This document shows, one piece after another, positions 47,807 through 57,068 of a stretch of 64,000 nucleotides of DNA. Position 1 is the first letter of the stretch, and every line of letters starts with the position of its first letter. The notes under the pieces are model-generated. The model searched no databases and was not told where the DNA came from. It saw only the letters and a list, made by a program, of their open reading frames with translations. The translations under genes were made by a program, and so were the position numbers. This DNA comes from Candidatus Moranbacteria bacterium GW2011_GWE2_35_2- (GTDB taxonomy: Bacteria; Patescibacteriota; Minisyncoccia; Moranbacterales; UBA9337), in assembly GCA_000990585.1 (NCBI GenBank), contig LBQD01000001.1, positions 207,276 to 271,275 of the forward strand, read 5' to 3'.

Positions 47807-48502
47807 TCACTGCTTAATAATGCCGATTGCTTCATCAATTAAATTTTGAAAGTTTCTATTTTTTGACCAAATATTTCTCAGCTTTTTTCGCAATTCTTGA
47901 TGTTCGGGATAACCATCATCTTGAGACAAAATAATATCCTCGAATTCCGGCTCGTTCAATAAAAAAGTTAGTGCCTCTTTTAGATTCTCAATTTGATTAT
48001 TCTTCAGCCCATTCTTTTTTAAGTAATTCTTGTAATACGTTAGAAATTGTAAATGCATTAATTCATGACAAATCGTCGTAATTGAAAAAGGGGTGCTATG
48101 CCACATTGAAACCATGAACCAATTTTCTTTTTCATTATACGGACACACCAGTCCAGTAGTAAAATAGCAACTAAATTTTTCGGTAAAAACAGGTTGCTCC
48201 GTGATAACCGAAAGTATTTTAAAATATTTTTTTTCGACTACCCGCCATGATTTTTCCAAGGCTTGCATCTCAGCCTTCATAACTTTATTTTTATATTCTT
48301 TTTTTGAATCTTTTTCAATGTAATCCTCGACTATTTTTTGAGCACGAAAAAAACTAACTTTTTCAATTTTTTCCAAAAGCTCATCGGGGATTTGGGCAAT
48401 CTGATCACGCCAGCTCAAGCCCCACATATTCTTGTCTTTCGCAATAAGCACCCAGCTCCATGCATCTTTTTTAATATTGTAATCGAAATTTAATTTAATC
48501 AT
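47807..48502 (-). CDS. Hypothetical protein with HExxH gluzincin-like motif
   Basis: ICHELMH followed by LKEALT and GYPEH. Confidence 0.6.
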   Translation of the reverse strand: MIKLNFDYNIKKDAWSWVLIAKDKNMWGLSWRDQIAQIPDELLEKIEKVSFFRAQKIVEDYIEKDSKKEYKNKVMKAEMQALEKSWRVVEKKYFKILSVITEQPVFTEKFSCYFTTGLVCPYNEKENWFMVSMWHSTPFSITTICHELMHLQFLTYYKNYLKKNGLKNNQIENLKEALTFLLNEPEFEDIILSQDDGYPEHQELRKKLRNIWSKNRNFQNLIDEAIGIIKQ

Positions 48503-48515
48503 GATGTAAGTATAC

Positions 48516-48558
48516 AAAAAAAATGAGGAGTAATCAAATGAATTTGATCACCCCCCCC
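48516..48558 (-). terminator. Terminator after the radical SAM gene
   Basis: Minus strand GGGGGGTGATCAAAT-TC-ATTTGATTACTCCTC then A and T8. Confidence 0.7.
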
Positions 48559-48565
48559 TTGAAAC

Positions 48566-49942
48566 TCACTTTGCCTGGTCGTACAGATCCCAGATCAACC
48601 AGGTTAATGTATCCTTTGCGTGAACGCAGAATCCCTCATCGATCTCCCAGATACTACCATTATTCAGATCAGCATTGTGAGGACAACCGCCTCCGCAAAT
48701 CGTCAACGCTTTGCAGTCGTAACACTTAGGCATGTTGAGAGGAGATCGTCTACTCCACTCTTTCCAGAACGGATGCTCGAATGGATCAAAATCGGAGTCC
48801 GGATTGACGAAGAACTCCCCTGTGCCACTATATGCATGACACACACCAATCCTCCCATTCGGGAGAATCACGACCTGCTTTCCGCATCCGCAACAGTCAC
48901 GGTCGTAGATTGTTCCATCAACGAACGCCCTCACTTTGCGCATCATTCGCGCTTCATAGATTCCTCTTTCTCGCGCGATCTTAAAGCACTCAATCATCGC
49001 CTGTGCTACCTTACTGGAATAACTTGGATCGTTGATTTTGTACTGGTGACTATTGAGCAAGGGATTAAACCCAACATTACACACTCCCGCACCATCCAGA
49101 AACCAATTGAAAATGGCCGGAAGTTCTTCGACATTTTTTTCACTAACCGTGCAAGAAATGCACGTTTTTGCCCCGACCTCCTTGAGAATTGCTACTCCTC
49201 GCATAACATCATCAAAAGTTCCTCTATTATTCCCGCCTCGCCACACGCGACAAGCGTCATGCACAGACCGATATCCATCCAGAGAAACATCCACCTCGAT
49301 ATTATGCTTTGCGCAGAAAGTGGCAATTTCTCGAGTTATCAAGGATCCATTGGTATTGATATTCATCGCCAGGTTTTTTGGCAACACGCCTGACTCCTTG
49401 AGAGTTTCCACTTCCTCAACAGTGGCAAAAAATATGTCGACGTTAATAAGAGGCTCTCCTCCGTAAAAAACGACGCTCGATTCATACGGATAAAAGTCGC
49501 TATACCCACAGGCCTTTTTGAAAAAACCTGCGAACTGCCTCACTGCGGAGATAGCCATCTTTTTCGTCATGTTCATTATCTTTTCTTTCGGACCACTGTA
49601 AGATCCTTCGAAAAAACAATAGGTACAAGCGAAATTACAGCTATTCGTCAAAAGTAAATACAGTGTGTCGATACACGGATGCTGAAGGATTGATTTCTGA
49701 AGTACTTCCAGATCTTCTTTTTCATCAGCATCGCTGGACACCACAAGCTTCTTCTGAATCAAGTAGTCCATCGTTTCATCGTTGATATCCGAAAAAGATA
49801 CGTGAGATAAACGATTACGGATGTTTGTAAGATCAGCGTTATTCACGAAGATAACTTCCCGCGATAAGGCATGAAAAATTGCCGTAATGCCACCTCTTTC
49901 GAAAAAGTGCACGAAATTAGAAAACCTCAGCGCATCCTTCAT
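48566..49942 (-). CDS. Radical SAM/SPASM peptide maturase with RRE-like N-terminus
   Basis: CNFACTYC, YGGEPL, SLDG; SPASM CCGCG...VCH...CYDC...CGGGCP...FC; GGGAGG RBS before MKDALR. Confidence 0.92.
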   Translation of the reverse strand: MKDALRFSNFVHFFERGGITAIFHALSREVIFVNNADLTNIRNRLSHVSFSDINDETMDYLIQKKLVVSSDADEKEDLEVLQKSILQHPCIDTLYLLLTNSCNFACTYCFFEGSYSGPKEKIMNMTKKMAISAVRQFAGFFKKACGYSDFYPYESSVVFYGGEPLINVDIFFATVEEVETLKESGVLPKNLAMNINTNGSLITREIATFCAKHNIEVDVSLDGYRSVHDACRVWRGGNNRGTFDDVMRGVAILKEVGAKTCISCTVSEKNVEELPAIFNWFLDGAGVCNVGFNPLLNSHQYKINDPSYSSKVAQAMIECFKIARERGIYEARMMRKVRAFVDGTIYDRDCCGCGKQVVILPNGRIGVCHAYSGTGEFFVNPDSDFDPFEHPFWKEWSRRSPLNMPKCYDCKALTICGGGCPHNADLNNGSIWEIDEGFCVHAKDTLTWLIWDLYDQAK

Positions 49943-49966
49943 TTCAATCCTCCCTTTATATAAGTT

Positions 49967-49997
49967 GAGGGGAATACGAATCGATCGCATCCCCCTC
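49967..49997 (-). other. RNA stem-loop between precursor and maturase
   Basis: GAGGGGGAUGCGA-UCGAU-UCGUAUUCCCCUC; 13-bp stem with 2 G-U pairs. Confidence 0.7.
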
Positions 49998-50003
49998 GGT
50001 TTC

Positions 50004-50168
50004 TTACGGTTTCTTGATTACTCTACCAACGCCAGTGCATTTGCATGCCTGACCTCCGCCTCCGCCAGTGCAGGATGCACAAGCACCGCACTTGAGGTTC
50101 ATAGCAACCTTTGACTCAAGGTTGCCAAGCACTTTGCGATAGTGCTCGTCTTTCGGGATAAGCAACAT
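50004..50168 (-). CDS. 54-aa Cys/Gly-rich RiPP precursor peptide (absent from ORF track)
   Basis: MLLIPKDEHYRKVLGNLESKVAMNLKCGACASCTGGGGGQACKCTGVGRVIKKP; AAAGGAGGTGA RBS; directly upstream of the rSAM/SPASM gene. Confidence 0.88.
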   Translation of the reverse strand: MLLIPKDEHYRKVLGNLESKVAMNLKCGACASCTGGGGGQACKCTGVGRVIKKP

Positions 50169-50233
50169 TTTTTATCACCTCCTTTCGATTTTGAATGAAC
50201 GATCATGAGCTATCACTATGCTAACCTTGCCAC

Positions 50234-50262
50234 ACATTATCAATCCCTCCCCATTTTGTCAA
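50234..50262 (-). promoter_or_regulatory. Promoter of the RiPP operon
   Basis: Minus strand TTGACA-17-TAATGT with TG extension. Confidence 0.5.
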
Positions 50263-50281
50263 ACGATTTAGCTTATTTTCA

Positions 50282-51535
50282 TTACTTTCTCAAAAATCTA
50301 TAAACAATAAACAGGAGTGCTAATGAAGATAAAATCAGAATTGATGACAGTAAATATGGAATCCTTTCCGAAATTGGTTTTTTTGGAACTTCCTTTGGAA
50401 TAAAACTTTGATTTTCTTTTTGCGCCGACAATCCAATTAATTTCGCATTTTCAACATCCAGATATTGAAAATATTTTTCAATATCATATTGCGGATATTC
50501 AGCTTCCTTGTTTCCATAATATATCCGATATTTCTCACTTCCACTGGCTTGAAAAATTACCTCCCGATAAACCGAATAAGCGGTAATACTTATAAAATTC
50601 AAAGATTCATTATCTTTATTCAAAACCTCCAACTTTATATATCGATCAGTAATTTCCGGGAAATTCAATTCTGAATTTTCTCCGGAAAATTTTGCAGTCT
50701 CATAATTAAATATATAGTCTTGCGCAACCTTTTTTAAATTATCCAAATTATTTCCGGAATAAATTATAACTCCGCGGTTAAAATTAGAACCTTCCGCTCT
50801 CAAGTCCAAACGGTTAACCGGAATACCGGACACTCCCAAATCGGCAATAATTTCTGTTGATTTTCGCTGACTATTGTCTTGAACGCTAAAGCTTACTTTC
50901 CTTTTTAATTCTTGCATTTTTTGTTTGACGGAATGCTTTGCCCGAGCGGAAGTCGCCCTAACCGGACTCTCTCCTTGACCGGCAATTTCCACCTTCAAAT
51001 AACGAAAACTTACTTCTTCCGAAAATTGAATTGTGTTATTGGAAGCCTTAAAGTTGCCTTTCACATCCGTATAATCATAAATATAGGCATTGTCTTTGAT
51101 AACATTCCAATTTTTCATATCACTGCTTCCATAGACAATCACGCTTCTTTGATAATTTTGAGAATCTGTAGTTAAAATCAGACCGTTAGTTAGTTTTCCA
51201 TCAACACCCAGATCCAAAATAACTGAAGAATATTGATCGGCAACATATGAATTATCAATCATTTTAACAGAATAAGTTTCATCAGTTATTCCGGAATTTC
51301 CCGAAAAAAGCTTGAATGGAACTTCCCTGTTTGCATTTTCCATAATCCGAATATCGCTAAAATTTTCATTAGACTGAGAAAATATTTCGTCATCAAATCC
51401 CACTTTAATCAAGCCATTTTCTGTATCGCTAAATTCCACGTCCTTGTAATATGTCCATTCGGAAATATTAAACGCTCCGTGTGCTACTAATGGAAAAATA
51501 GAGAGAAACATTCCTGTGATTAATATTTTTTTCAT
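50282..51535 (-). CDS. DUF3999-like exported protein with C-terminal TM
   Basis: Signal peptide; DIRI...EVPF; YYGN...PQYD; adjacent to the DUF2339-like gene. Confidence 0.65.
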   Translation of the reverse strand: MKKILITGMFLSIFPLVAHGAFNISEWTYYKDVEFSDTENGLIKVGFDDEIFSQSNENFSDIRIMENANREVPFKLFSGNSGITDETYSVKMIDNSYVADQYSSVILDLGVDGKLTNGLILTTDSQNYQRSVIVYGSSDMKNWNVIKDNAYIYDYTDVKGNFKASNNTIQFSEEVSFRYLKVEIAGQGESPVRATSARAKHSVKQKMQELKRKVSFSVQDNSQRKSTEIIADLGVSGIPVNRLDLRAEGSNFNRGVIIYSGNNLDNLKKVAQDYIFNYETAKFSGENSELNFPEITDRYIKLEVLNKDNESLNFISITAYSVYREVIFQASGSEKYRIYYGNKEAEYPQYDIEKYFQYLDVENAKLIGLSAQKENQSFIPKEVPKKPISERIPYLLSSILILSSLALLFIVYRFLRK

Positions 51536-51603
51536 AATTATTATTTGTTGTTGCAAAACCCGTGCGCCTTTCAAACCACCAGACGAGTGAATCCTGCGCT
51601 ACG

Positions 51604-53565
51604 TTAAATTATTTCTTTTATCTTATCCTTGTATCGGTTGTAAGCAAATGAAATTCCCAAGAGAATTACACCGAGCGTCATTGAAGAGATTATTCGATAC
51701 AAAGTCCCCAAACTCCACAAATCTACAAAGAAAAGTTTTAAAATAGCCAGGAATAACAAAATTAATCCGCCTACTCTTACTCCCTTGCGTCCTCGCGTCA
51801 TACCGACTGCTACTAAAATTATTCCATACAAAAGCCAGAAAATCGACAAAATTACACTATTCCTGCTTTGCAGACCCTTGATCTTAGTGTGATCATATTT
51901 TGCGATAGCGACAGTGCTGGCAGAATTTAACGCATTGCCCTGAACACGATCATTTTCAATGGCAACCCGAGATTCTTCCCGCACTTGATCTATTTTATTC
52001 TGATAATAATTATTTATCTCGCGACTGCCGGTGAAAATAGTCAAAAAATTAGCCACAATAAACATCAGGATTGCAATCTGCTTCGCTGCCAAGAAACTTT
52101 CAGGTTTTTCCTTTTCCTCATCACTTGAGATTACAGAAAACAAAAATGCTGCCGCGTAAGAAATCACGATTGCAAAAAGAGCGGTAAAGAAAAATTTATT
52201 TGCCAAAACAGAATGTGAAGAATAAAACACATCTATCATAAAAATTCTGAAAATTGCCAGTCCGAAAATCAACAAGCCGAAAGATTTAATAATCACCTGC
52301 TCCTTATTTTTGACTGCAATCAGGAATAATAAAATAGCCTCAATCAACCATCCGCTGGTTATTGCCACTCCCTGAAACTGGATAGGAATTACCAATGTAG
52401 CAAAACCTATCGTGAGAAAAGCCAGAAATCCATATAGTTTATCATCTTCCGGAGTTAAATATTTCACCAAATAAGCCCACGAGAAGTAATATATTCCCAA
52501 AATCAAAGCAAAAAATCCCATAAATGAATGATGCTGTCCATTCATCAGACTATAACTGGCGATAAAATAAGTTGTTCCCGATAGAAGTAATAAAATCTGT
52601 TCAACTGCCTCCGATTTTTCCTGCCGTACGATATTGTAAATCAATGAGGATATTGTGTAGATGAAAAAAAACAAAGTCAGGAAAAACATCGTACTTCCCA
52701 ATTGAGCTTGCGTGTAAAAACTCGCACCCCAAACAAAGAAAAGAATTCCGGTTCCGGCAAAACCGATAAAATTAAGCGCTCTCCATTTTCGAAAAAATGA
52801 AATCACCAAAATCGCCACATCCAAAATAAAAATATAAAAAAACAATGAGAATTGATTATTCTGACCCGTTGAAATCAAGAGCGGAGTAGAAAAACCGCCC
52901 AAAATAGCAACAGTCATCAGGGAAATAGCATTGTATCTGAGACTAAGAACAATGCCCACGGCAGTAACCAAAATCATTCCGAAAAAGGATGCAATCGGAC
53001 CAAGCAAGCTATAAAAATCAAAGGCTGCAAAAACAGAAAGGTATAAAATCGCAATTCCGCCCCCGGTTATTATTTGACCGTAAGAAAAATATTTTCGAAT
53101 ATATTTTTCTCCCGCGACCAGCAAAGACATTCCGATCATAATTCCCATTAAAACTCTCCCTGTTTCTCCAATCCAATTATTATCAAAAGCATATTTAAGG
53201 AGAAAAGAAACCCCCAAAACCAAAGCAGTGATGCCGATTCTAGCAAACCATTTTCCTCCAATATTTCCCTCTAAATCACTTTCCTCTTTGGAAGCGGACT
53301 CTTCCTGGAGAGTTATTCGCTCATCACTTGATTCCGCTGATACTTGCTTAATAGGTTGCGACACTTCTTCAGTCGGAGAAGGCGGGGTCGGCGCAAAAGA
53401 AGCACTCTCTTTTTCCTGGGCAACATCGACAAAATTACTTCCGGCATTAAGTCGCGATTCCAGAAGAGAGATCCTTTGATCTTGTTTCTCAACCACACTG
53501 CCAATTTCATCCAATTTAGTTAATATTTTTTCATAAATCTCCTTTTCCCCGTTTGAATTCTCCAT
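51604..53565 (-). CDS. DUF2339-type multi-TM membrane protein
   Basis: LEGNIGGKWFARIG, FLLKYAFDNNWIG, KLFFVDLWSL...RIIS. Confidence 0.85.
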   Translation of the reverse strand: MENSNGEKEIYEKILTKLDEIGSVVEKQDQRISLLESRLNAGSNFVDVAQEKESASFAPTPPSPTEEVSQPIKQVSAESSDERITLQEESASKEESDLEGNIGGKWFARIGITALVLGVSFLLKYAFDNNWIGETGRVLMGIMIGMSLLVAGEKYIRKYFSYGQIITGGGIAILYLSVFAAFDFYSLLGPIASFFGMILVTAVGIVLSLRYNAISLMTVAILGGFSTPLLISTGQNNQFSLFFYIFILDVAILVISFFRKWRALNFIGFAGTGILFFVWGASFYTQAQLGSTMFFLTLFFFIYTISSLIYNIVRQEKSEAVEQILLLLSGTTYFIASYSLMNGQHHSFMGFFALILGIYYFSWAYLVKYLTPEDDKLYGFLAFLTIGFATLVIPIQFQGVAITSGWLIEAILLFLIAVKNKEQVIIKSFGLLIFGLAIFRIFMIDVFYSSHSVLANKFFFTALFAIVISYAAAFLFSVISSDEEKEKPESFLAAKQIAILMFIVANFLTIFTGSREINNYYQNKIDQVREESRVAIENDRVQGNALNSASTVAIAKYDHTKIKGLQSRNSVILSIFWLLYGIILVAVGMTRGRKGVRVGGLILLFLAILKLFFVDLWSLGTLYRIISSMTLGVILLGISFAYNRYKDKIKEII

Positions 53566-53595
53566 TTTTTTGTTTTAAAAGATAAAAATTATTAT

Positions 53596-54033
53596 TTATT
53601 GAAAATAGCGTCCGAAAATAATTAATACAACAATTATCACGACAAAAACCAGACCAAGTGCAAAACTAGACATAATTCCATAGGAAATATACCTGCGTCT
53701 ATTAAAAAGATAAATTATTGCAAATATCTCCAAAGGAAAAGCGATGAAATTCACCAAGGGAATGAATCCTAAAACAAAAGGAGAAATGAGTCCGAAAAAA
53801 AAGTCTTTGTTTTTTTCTCCGGAAGCGGTATATTCTCTTTTATTTTTGAAATTCCAAAAGTCATTTCTCGCTCCCCGTGTTTTATCCCCGGTAATATCGC
53901 CTCCGTAAACCGCTACCAAACTTTGCGCGATATCATCTTCTGTATATCCCGCCTTTTGCAACTCTTTTTTCAAAACTTCTTTTGAAAACTTATCCTTATT
54001 AGCCTGAATGTAATTAATAGCGTTTTGACTCAT
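53596..54033 (-). CDS. Hypothetical membrane protein
   Basis: Helical N-terminus, hydrophobic C-terminal half. Confidence 0.6.
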   Translation of the reverse strand: MSQNAINYIQANKDKFSKEVLKKELQKAGYTEDDIAQSLVAVYGGDITGDKTRGARNDFWNFKNKREYTASGEKNKDFFFGLISPFVLGFIPLVNFIAFPLEIFAIIYLFNRRRYISYGIMSSFALGLVFVVIIVVLIIFGRYFQ

Positions 54034-54042
54034 TTTTTTGTT

Positions 54043-55302
54043 TTAAATTTTTAGGTCTTCGCTAATTTTCAGCAACCGGTTATATTTGCAAATTCTTTCA
54101 CCTCTTGAAAGTGAACCGGTTTTTATGTAGTCTGCATCCGCTCCCACTGCCAAATCGGCAATAAAATCATCTGTCGTTTCTCCGCTCCGATGAGAAATAA
54201 CCGTTTTCATTCCATTAGCTTTAGCAAGCTTGATGCACTCAATAGTTTCCGTGAGCGTTCCGATTTGGTTTACTTTAATAAGAACACTATTGCAAGCTTT
54301 TTCGGTAATCGCCGTCTGCAATCTTTTCACATTAGTCACCAGTAAATCATCTCCGATCAGCATTATTTTCTTTCCCAACTTCTCATTCATCATCGCCCAA
54401 CCTTTCCAATCTTCCTCACCCAGTCCATCCTCGATGGAAATAATATTATATTTTTCAATCCAATCTTTATACAAATCCAAAAGTTCCTCTTTACCGAGAG
54501 TTTTTCCTTCCGGCTGTAATAAATATTTTCCGCTTTTTTCATCAAAAAAAGAATTAGCCGCCACATCCAAACCGATGTTCGCTTGCTTTCCCGGTTCGTA
54601 TCCTGCCGTTTTAATCGCTGTGTTTATTATTTCCAACGCCTGTGAATTGCTTTTCAAACGAGGAGCAAACCCTCCTTCATCCCCCACTCCGGTGCTGTAT
54701 TTTTTTTCCGTCAAACTTTTTTTAAGAGCGTAAAAAATCTCACTCCCTGCTCGAAGCTGTTCGCAGTATTTTTCAATTCCATCAGGAACCAGTTTGAATT
54801 CCTGAACACAAAGACCGGAATCACTATGCTGACCTCCATTGAGGATATTAAACATTGGAAAAGGCATCTTTTTTTCTTTGGAAAAGTTAAAGGTATCGGA
54901 AATATATTCATACAACTCTTTTTTTTTGTCCATCGCCGCTGCCCGACAAACTGCCAAAGAAACTCCCAAGATTGCATTAGCTCCAAGACGAGATTTATTT
55001 TCCGTCCCATCCAATTCAATTATTTTACGATCGATTTTTTCCTGCTCGCCAACTTCCATTCCAACCGCCGCTTTGGCAATTTCATTGTTCACATTTTCCA
55101 CCGCTTTGAGAACTCCTTTTCCTCCATATCTTTTCTTGTCGCCATCGCGAAGTTCCAATGCCTCGTGTGATCCGGTCGACGCTCCACTTGGCACTGCCGC
55201 CACCGACTTTATTCCATTTTCCAATTCCAATTCAACTTCCACTGTCGGATTTCCCCTCGAATCCAAAATTTCCCGCGCAACTACTTTTTTTATTTTTATC
55301 AT
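54043..55302 (-). CDS. eno: Enolase
   Basis: REILDSRGNPTVE, PSGASTG, GDEGGF, SHRSGET. Confidence 0.97.
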   Translation of the reverse strand: MIKIKKVVAREILDSRGNPTVEVELELENGIKSVAAVPSGASTGSHEALELRDGDKKRYGGKGVLKAVENVNNEIAKAAVGMEVGEQEKIDRKIIELDGTENKSRLGANAILGVSLAVCRAAAMDKKKELYEYISDTFNFSKEKKMPFPMFNILNGGQHSDSGLCVQEFKLVPDGIEKYCEQLRAGSEIFYALKKSLTEKKYSTGVGDEGGFAPRLKSNSQALEIINTAIKTAGYEPGKQANIGLDVAANSFFDEKSGKYLLQPEGKTLGKEELLDLYKDWIEKYNIISIEDGLGEEDWKGWAMMNEKLGKKIMLIGDDLLVTNVKRLQTAITEKACNSVLIKVNQIGTLTETIECIKLAKANGMKTVISHRSGETTDDFIADLAVGADADYIKTGSLSRGERICKYNRLLKISEDLKI

Positions 55303-55337
55303 ATTTTTTATACTATGTTTTTTTTATTTATAAATTT

Positions 55338-56381
55338 TTAATCATTTAATACATCTAACCCTGGCATTGACTGGCTGCTCAAAAAATCCAACATCGCTCC
55401 GCCTCCAGTGGAAACAAAAGAGATTTTGTCCATCGCTCCGTTTTCTTCCAAAATCTGCACCGATTCTCCTCCGCCCATCACTGAAAAAGCTTCACTTTCA
55501 ATTATAGCTTGCAAAATTTTCTTGGTTCCGGTGTTATATGGTTTTTCTTCAAATTTTCCCATCGGCCCGTTCCACACAATCGTCCTGGCCCCGGATATTA
55601 TTTTTTCAAAATTTTCAATCGTTTCGCTTCCGATATCAAAGCGGTCTTGAGCAAAATCAACCGGCAAAATCACTTTTTCGCCAAATTCAATTTTTTGGTC
55701 AATTGCCTCGTTGGCAATTTTCCCGCCCACCAAAATATGATCATAATTTTCTTCAAATTTCCGAATGAGCGGCAACTTGGTTTCGATTTTTGCTCCTCCA
55801 ATAATTGCTACGGCAGGATACTCCGGATTATTTCTCAATTTTTCCAAATTTTTCACTTCCTTTTGTAACCACAACCCGGCAAAACTTGGTAAAACTTTCG
55901 CTACTCCCGAAACAGAAGATTGATCGCGATGACATACGGAAAAAGCTTCACTAACAAAAACATCAAACGGGGTTGCCATCTTTTTGGAAAATTCCGAATT
56001 ATTGGATTCTTCTTCCGCATAAAACCGCACATTCTCCAAAAGTAAAATTTCATCATCTTGCAAATCTTCCAATTCTCTAGCGATATTTTCATCCAGACAA
56101 TCACTGACAAATTTTATTTTCACTCCGAGTATCCTTTCAGCATCATTGACGAGTTGTTCTAGAGAGAATTCTTCTTTCGCCTGCCCGCCAGGTCTGCCGA
56201 AATGAGAAACCAAAGCAACTTTTCCTCCTTGGGACAAAATATATTCCACGGTTTCTTTGGCAGCCGCAATTTTGAATTCTTCTTTCACATTCCCACTTTC
56301 ATCCAAAGACACATTAAAATCCACCCGCACCAAAACTTTTTTTTCATTTAAATCAGCGTCCTGTACTTTTCTCAAATTCAT
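55338..56381 (-). CDS. pgk: Phosphoglycerate kinase (short form)
   Basis: VRVDFNV, SHFGRP, LLENVRF, WNGPMG, STGGGA. Confidence 0.93.
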   Translation of the reverse strand: MNLRKVQDADLNEKKVLVRVDFNVSLDESGNVKEEFKIAAAKETVEYILSQGGKVALVSHFGRPGGQAKEEFSLEQLVNDAERILGVKIKFVSDCLDENIARELEDLQDDEILLLENVRFYAEEESNNSEFSKKMATPFDVFVSEAFSVCHRDQSSVSGVAKVLPSFAGLWLQKEVKNLEKLRNNPEYPAVAIIGGAKIETKLPLIRKFEENYDHILVGGKIANEAIDQKIEFGEKVILPVDFAQDRFDIGSETIENFEKIISGARTIVWNGPMGKFEEKPYNTGTKKILQAIIESEAFSVMGGGESVQILEENGAMDKISFVSTGGGAMLDFLSSQSMPGLDVLND

Positions 56382-56466
56382 ATTGTTTATATTTTCTTTT
56401 TATTATTTTCACCAAACTAAACAAATTATATCATATTTTACCGCCAAAAAACATCCAGCGAAAAAA

Positions 56467-57045
56467 TTATCCTTTTCTTGAAACGAAATTATTATCTTTA
56501 ATATAAAACCGCCAAGATTTGTCTTTGTACTTTCCGGCATAATCAATCCCGATTCGCTTGGCGCAAATTATCTCACTCTTTTTTATTTTTTCTCCGTTTT
56601 CAATCCAAAGCCCATATTTTTTCACATAAACAGGTGCTTTATTAAAACTCCTGTCAATTTGCAAAAATTTGGTCAACTTCGCCGGACCATTGGTTTTTCT
56701 TTGCCTCGCCGAAGTTTTGTTTTCAATTGCAAAAAACGGCTCGACCGCGCGAATCAGCACCGCCGCCGGATAATCTTTTTTTCCGGTCACAATATTAAGC
56801 ATATGATGCATTCCGTAAGTAAAATATACATAACAAATTCCCGGTTCGCCAAACATCACTTCGTTTCTTGGCGTCCGACCGCGACTGGCATGGCTTGCCA
56901 AATCATCCGGTCCCTCATATGCTTCTGTTTCCACAATTTTGCTTTTTAAAATTTTATCATCAATATTCCGCACCAAAAAACAACCAAGCAACTCACGCGC
57001 CACCATTAAAGCCGACTTATTATAAAAATCTTTTTTCAAAATCAT
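56467..57045 (-). CDS. mpg: DNA-3-methyladenine glycosylase (AAG/MPG family)
   Basis: IVETEAY, YVYFTYGMH, AVLIRA, NGPAKL, RIGI. Confidence 0.92.
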   Translation of the reverse strand: MILKKDFYNKSALMVARELLGCFLVRNIDDKILKSKIVETEAYEGPDDLASHASRGRTPRNEVMFGEPGICYVYFTYGMHHMLNIVTGKKDYPAAVLIRAVEPFFAIENKTSARQRKTNGPAKLTKFLQIDRSFNKAPVYVKKYGLWIENGEKIKKSEIICAKRIGIDYAGKYKDKSWRFYIKDNNFVSRKG

Positions 57046-57068
57046 ATCAAATAATAATCAATGTGCCG

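Noticed and set aside
48620-49393. 257-aa plus-strand ORF
   Set aside because: Lies wholly antisense to the radical SAM gene and has no recognisable motif.
49887-50114. 75-aa plus-strand ORF with Ala/Ser/Cys tail as an alternative precursor
   Set aside because: Opposite strand to the maturase and no RBS; the minus-strand 54-aa ORF has a strong RBS.
51556-51603. GC-rich intergenic patch between the DUF2339-like and DUF3999-like genes
   Set aside because: No convincing stem and no second copy in the window.
55338-56381. Short Pgk (347 aa) as a pseudogene
   Set aside because: N- and C-terminal catalytic motifs are all present in one frame; treated as a compact functional form.
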